From positions 1-64,000 of the IMG/VR virus record IMGVR_UViG_3300035070_003385: a DNA stretch of 64,000 nucleotides; one strand, written 5' to 3'. The stretch comes from a virus. A model generated the notes under the pieces. The model saw only the letters and a program-made list of their open reading frames with translations, did no database searches and was not told the origin of the DNA. Positions 63,922-64,000 of the stretch are shown here, one piece after another. Position 1 is the first letter of the stretch, and each line of letters begins with the position of its first letter. The position numbers were made by a program, and so were the translations under genes.

Positions 63922-64000
63922 TTGGAATTCCTTTCCTAAAACATTAATGAGGCGGCACCCTGGCCACCCCATACTATATTATATATTATGCTTTTACTTT

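Overview
This window is a 64 kb segment of a large, AT-rich T4-like (Tevenvirinae-type) marine myovirus genome. The host is probably an alphaproteobacterium of the Rhodobacterales/roseobacter type; this is inferred from the PstS sequence and a ROSE-like element. From left to right: (1) 1-18 kb is a late-expressed fibre/accessory region. It holds at least five tandem paralogs of a six-repeat Kelch-like beta-propeller protein, a 2OG-Fe(II) oxygenase/methyltransferase cluster, a collagen-like fibre with an embedded cupredoxin-like domain, a beta-helix fibre and a gp37/gp38-like fibre-adhesin pair. (2) 18-42.5 kb is the baseplate/tail module: DUF4815, gp8, gp7, gp6, gp25, an M15 peptidase protein, gp5 with a lytic transglycosylase, hub, split gp53, gp48, gp4, gp2, gp54/19, gp26, gp51 and tape measure. 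(3) 42.5-47 kb holds hsp20, a pseudo-dUTPase, regA, clamp loader and clamp. (4) 47-60.4 kb is a DNA-modification system. It comprises a T4 gp42-like dCMP hydroxymethylase, a T4 BGT-like glycosyltransferase and a C5-cytosine-MTase-like enzyme with a degenerate SAM site; the last two end in the same clamp-binding-like tail ATLE(D/E)FFA. It also has a dedicated kinase/nucleotidyltransferase/HAD sugar-nucleotide pathway, a GT-A enzyme, an adenine MTase, a DUF5664 pyrophosphatase and two nucleases, interleaved with small early genes. (5) 60.4-64 kb holds small early ORFs and pstS. The strongest candidates for undescribed biology are the clamp-tethered cytosine hypermodification system and the propeller paralog array. 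All family calls come from motif recognition by eye; no database searches were run.
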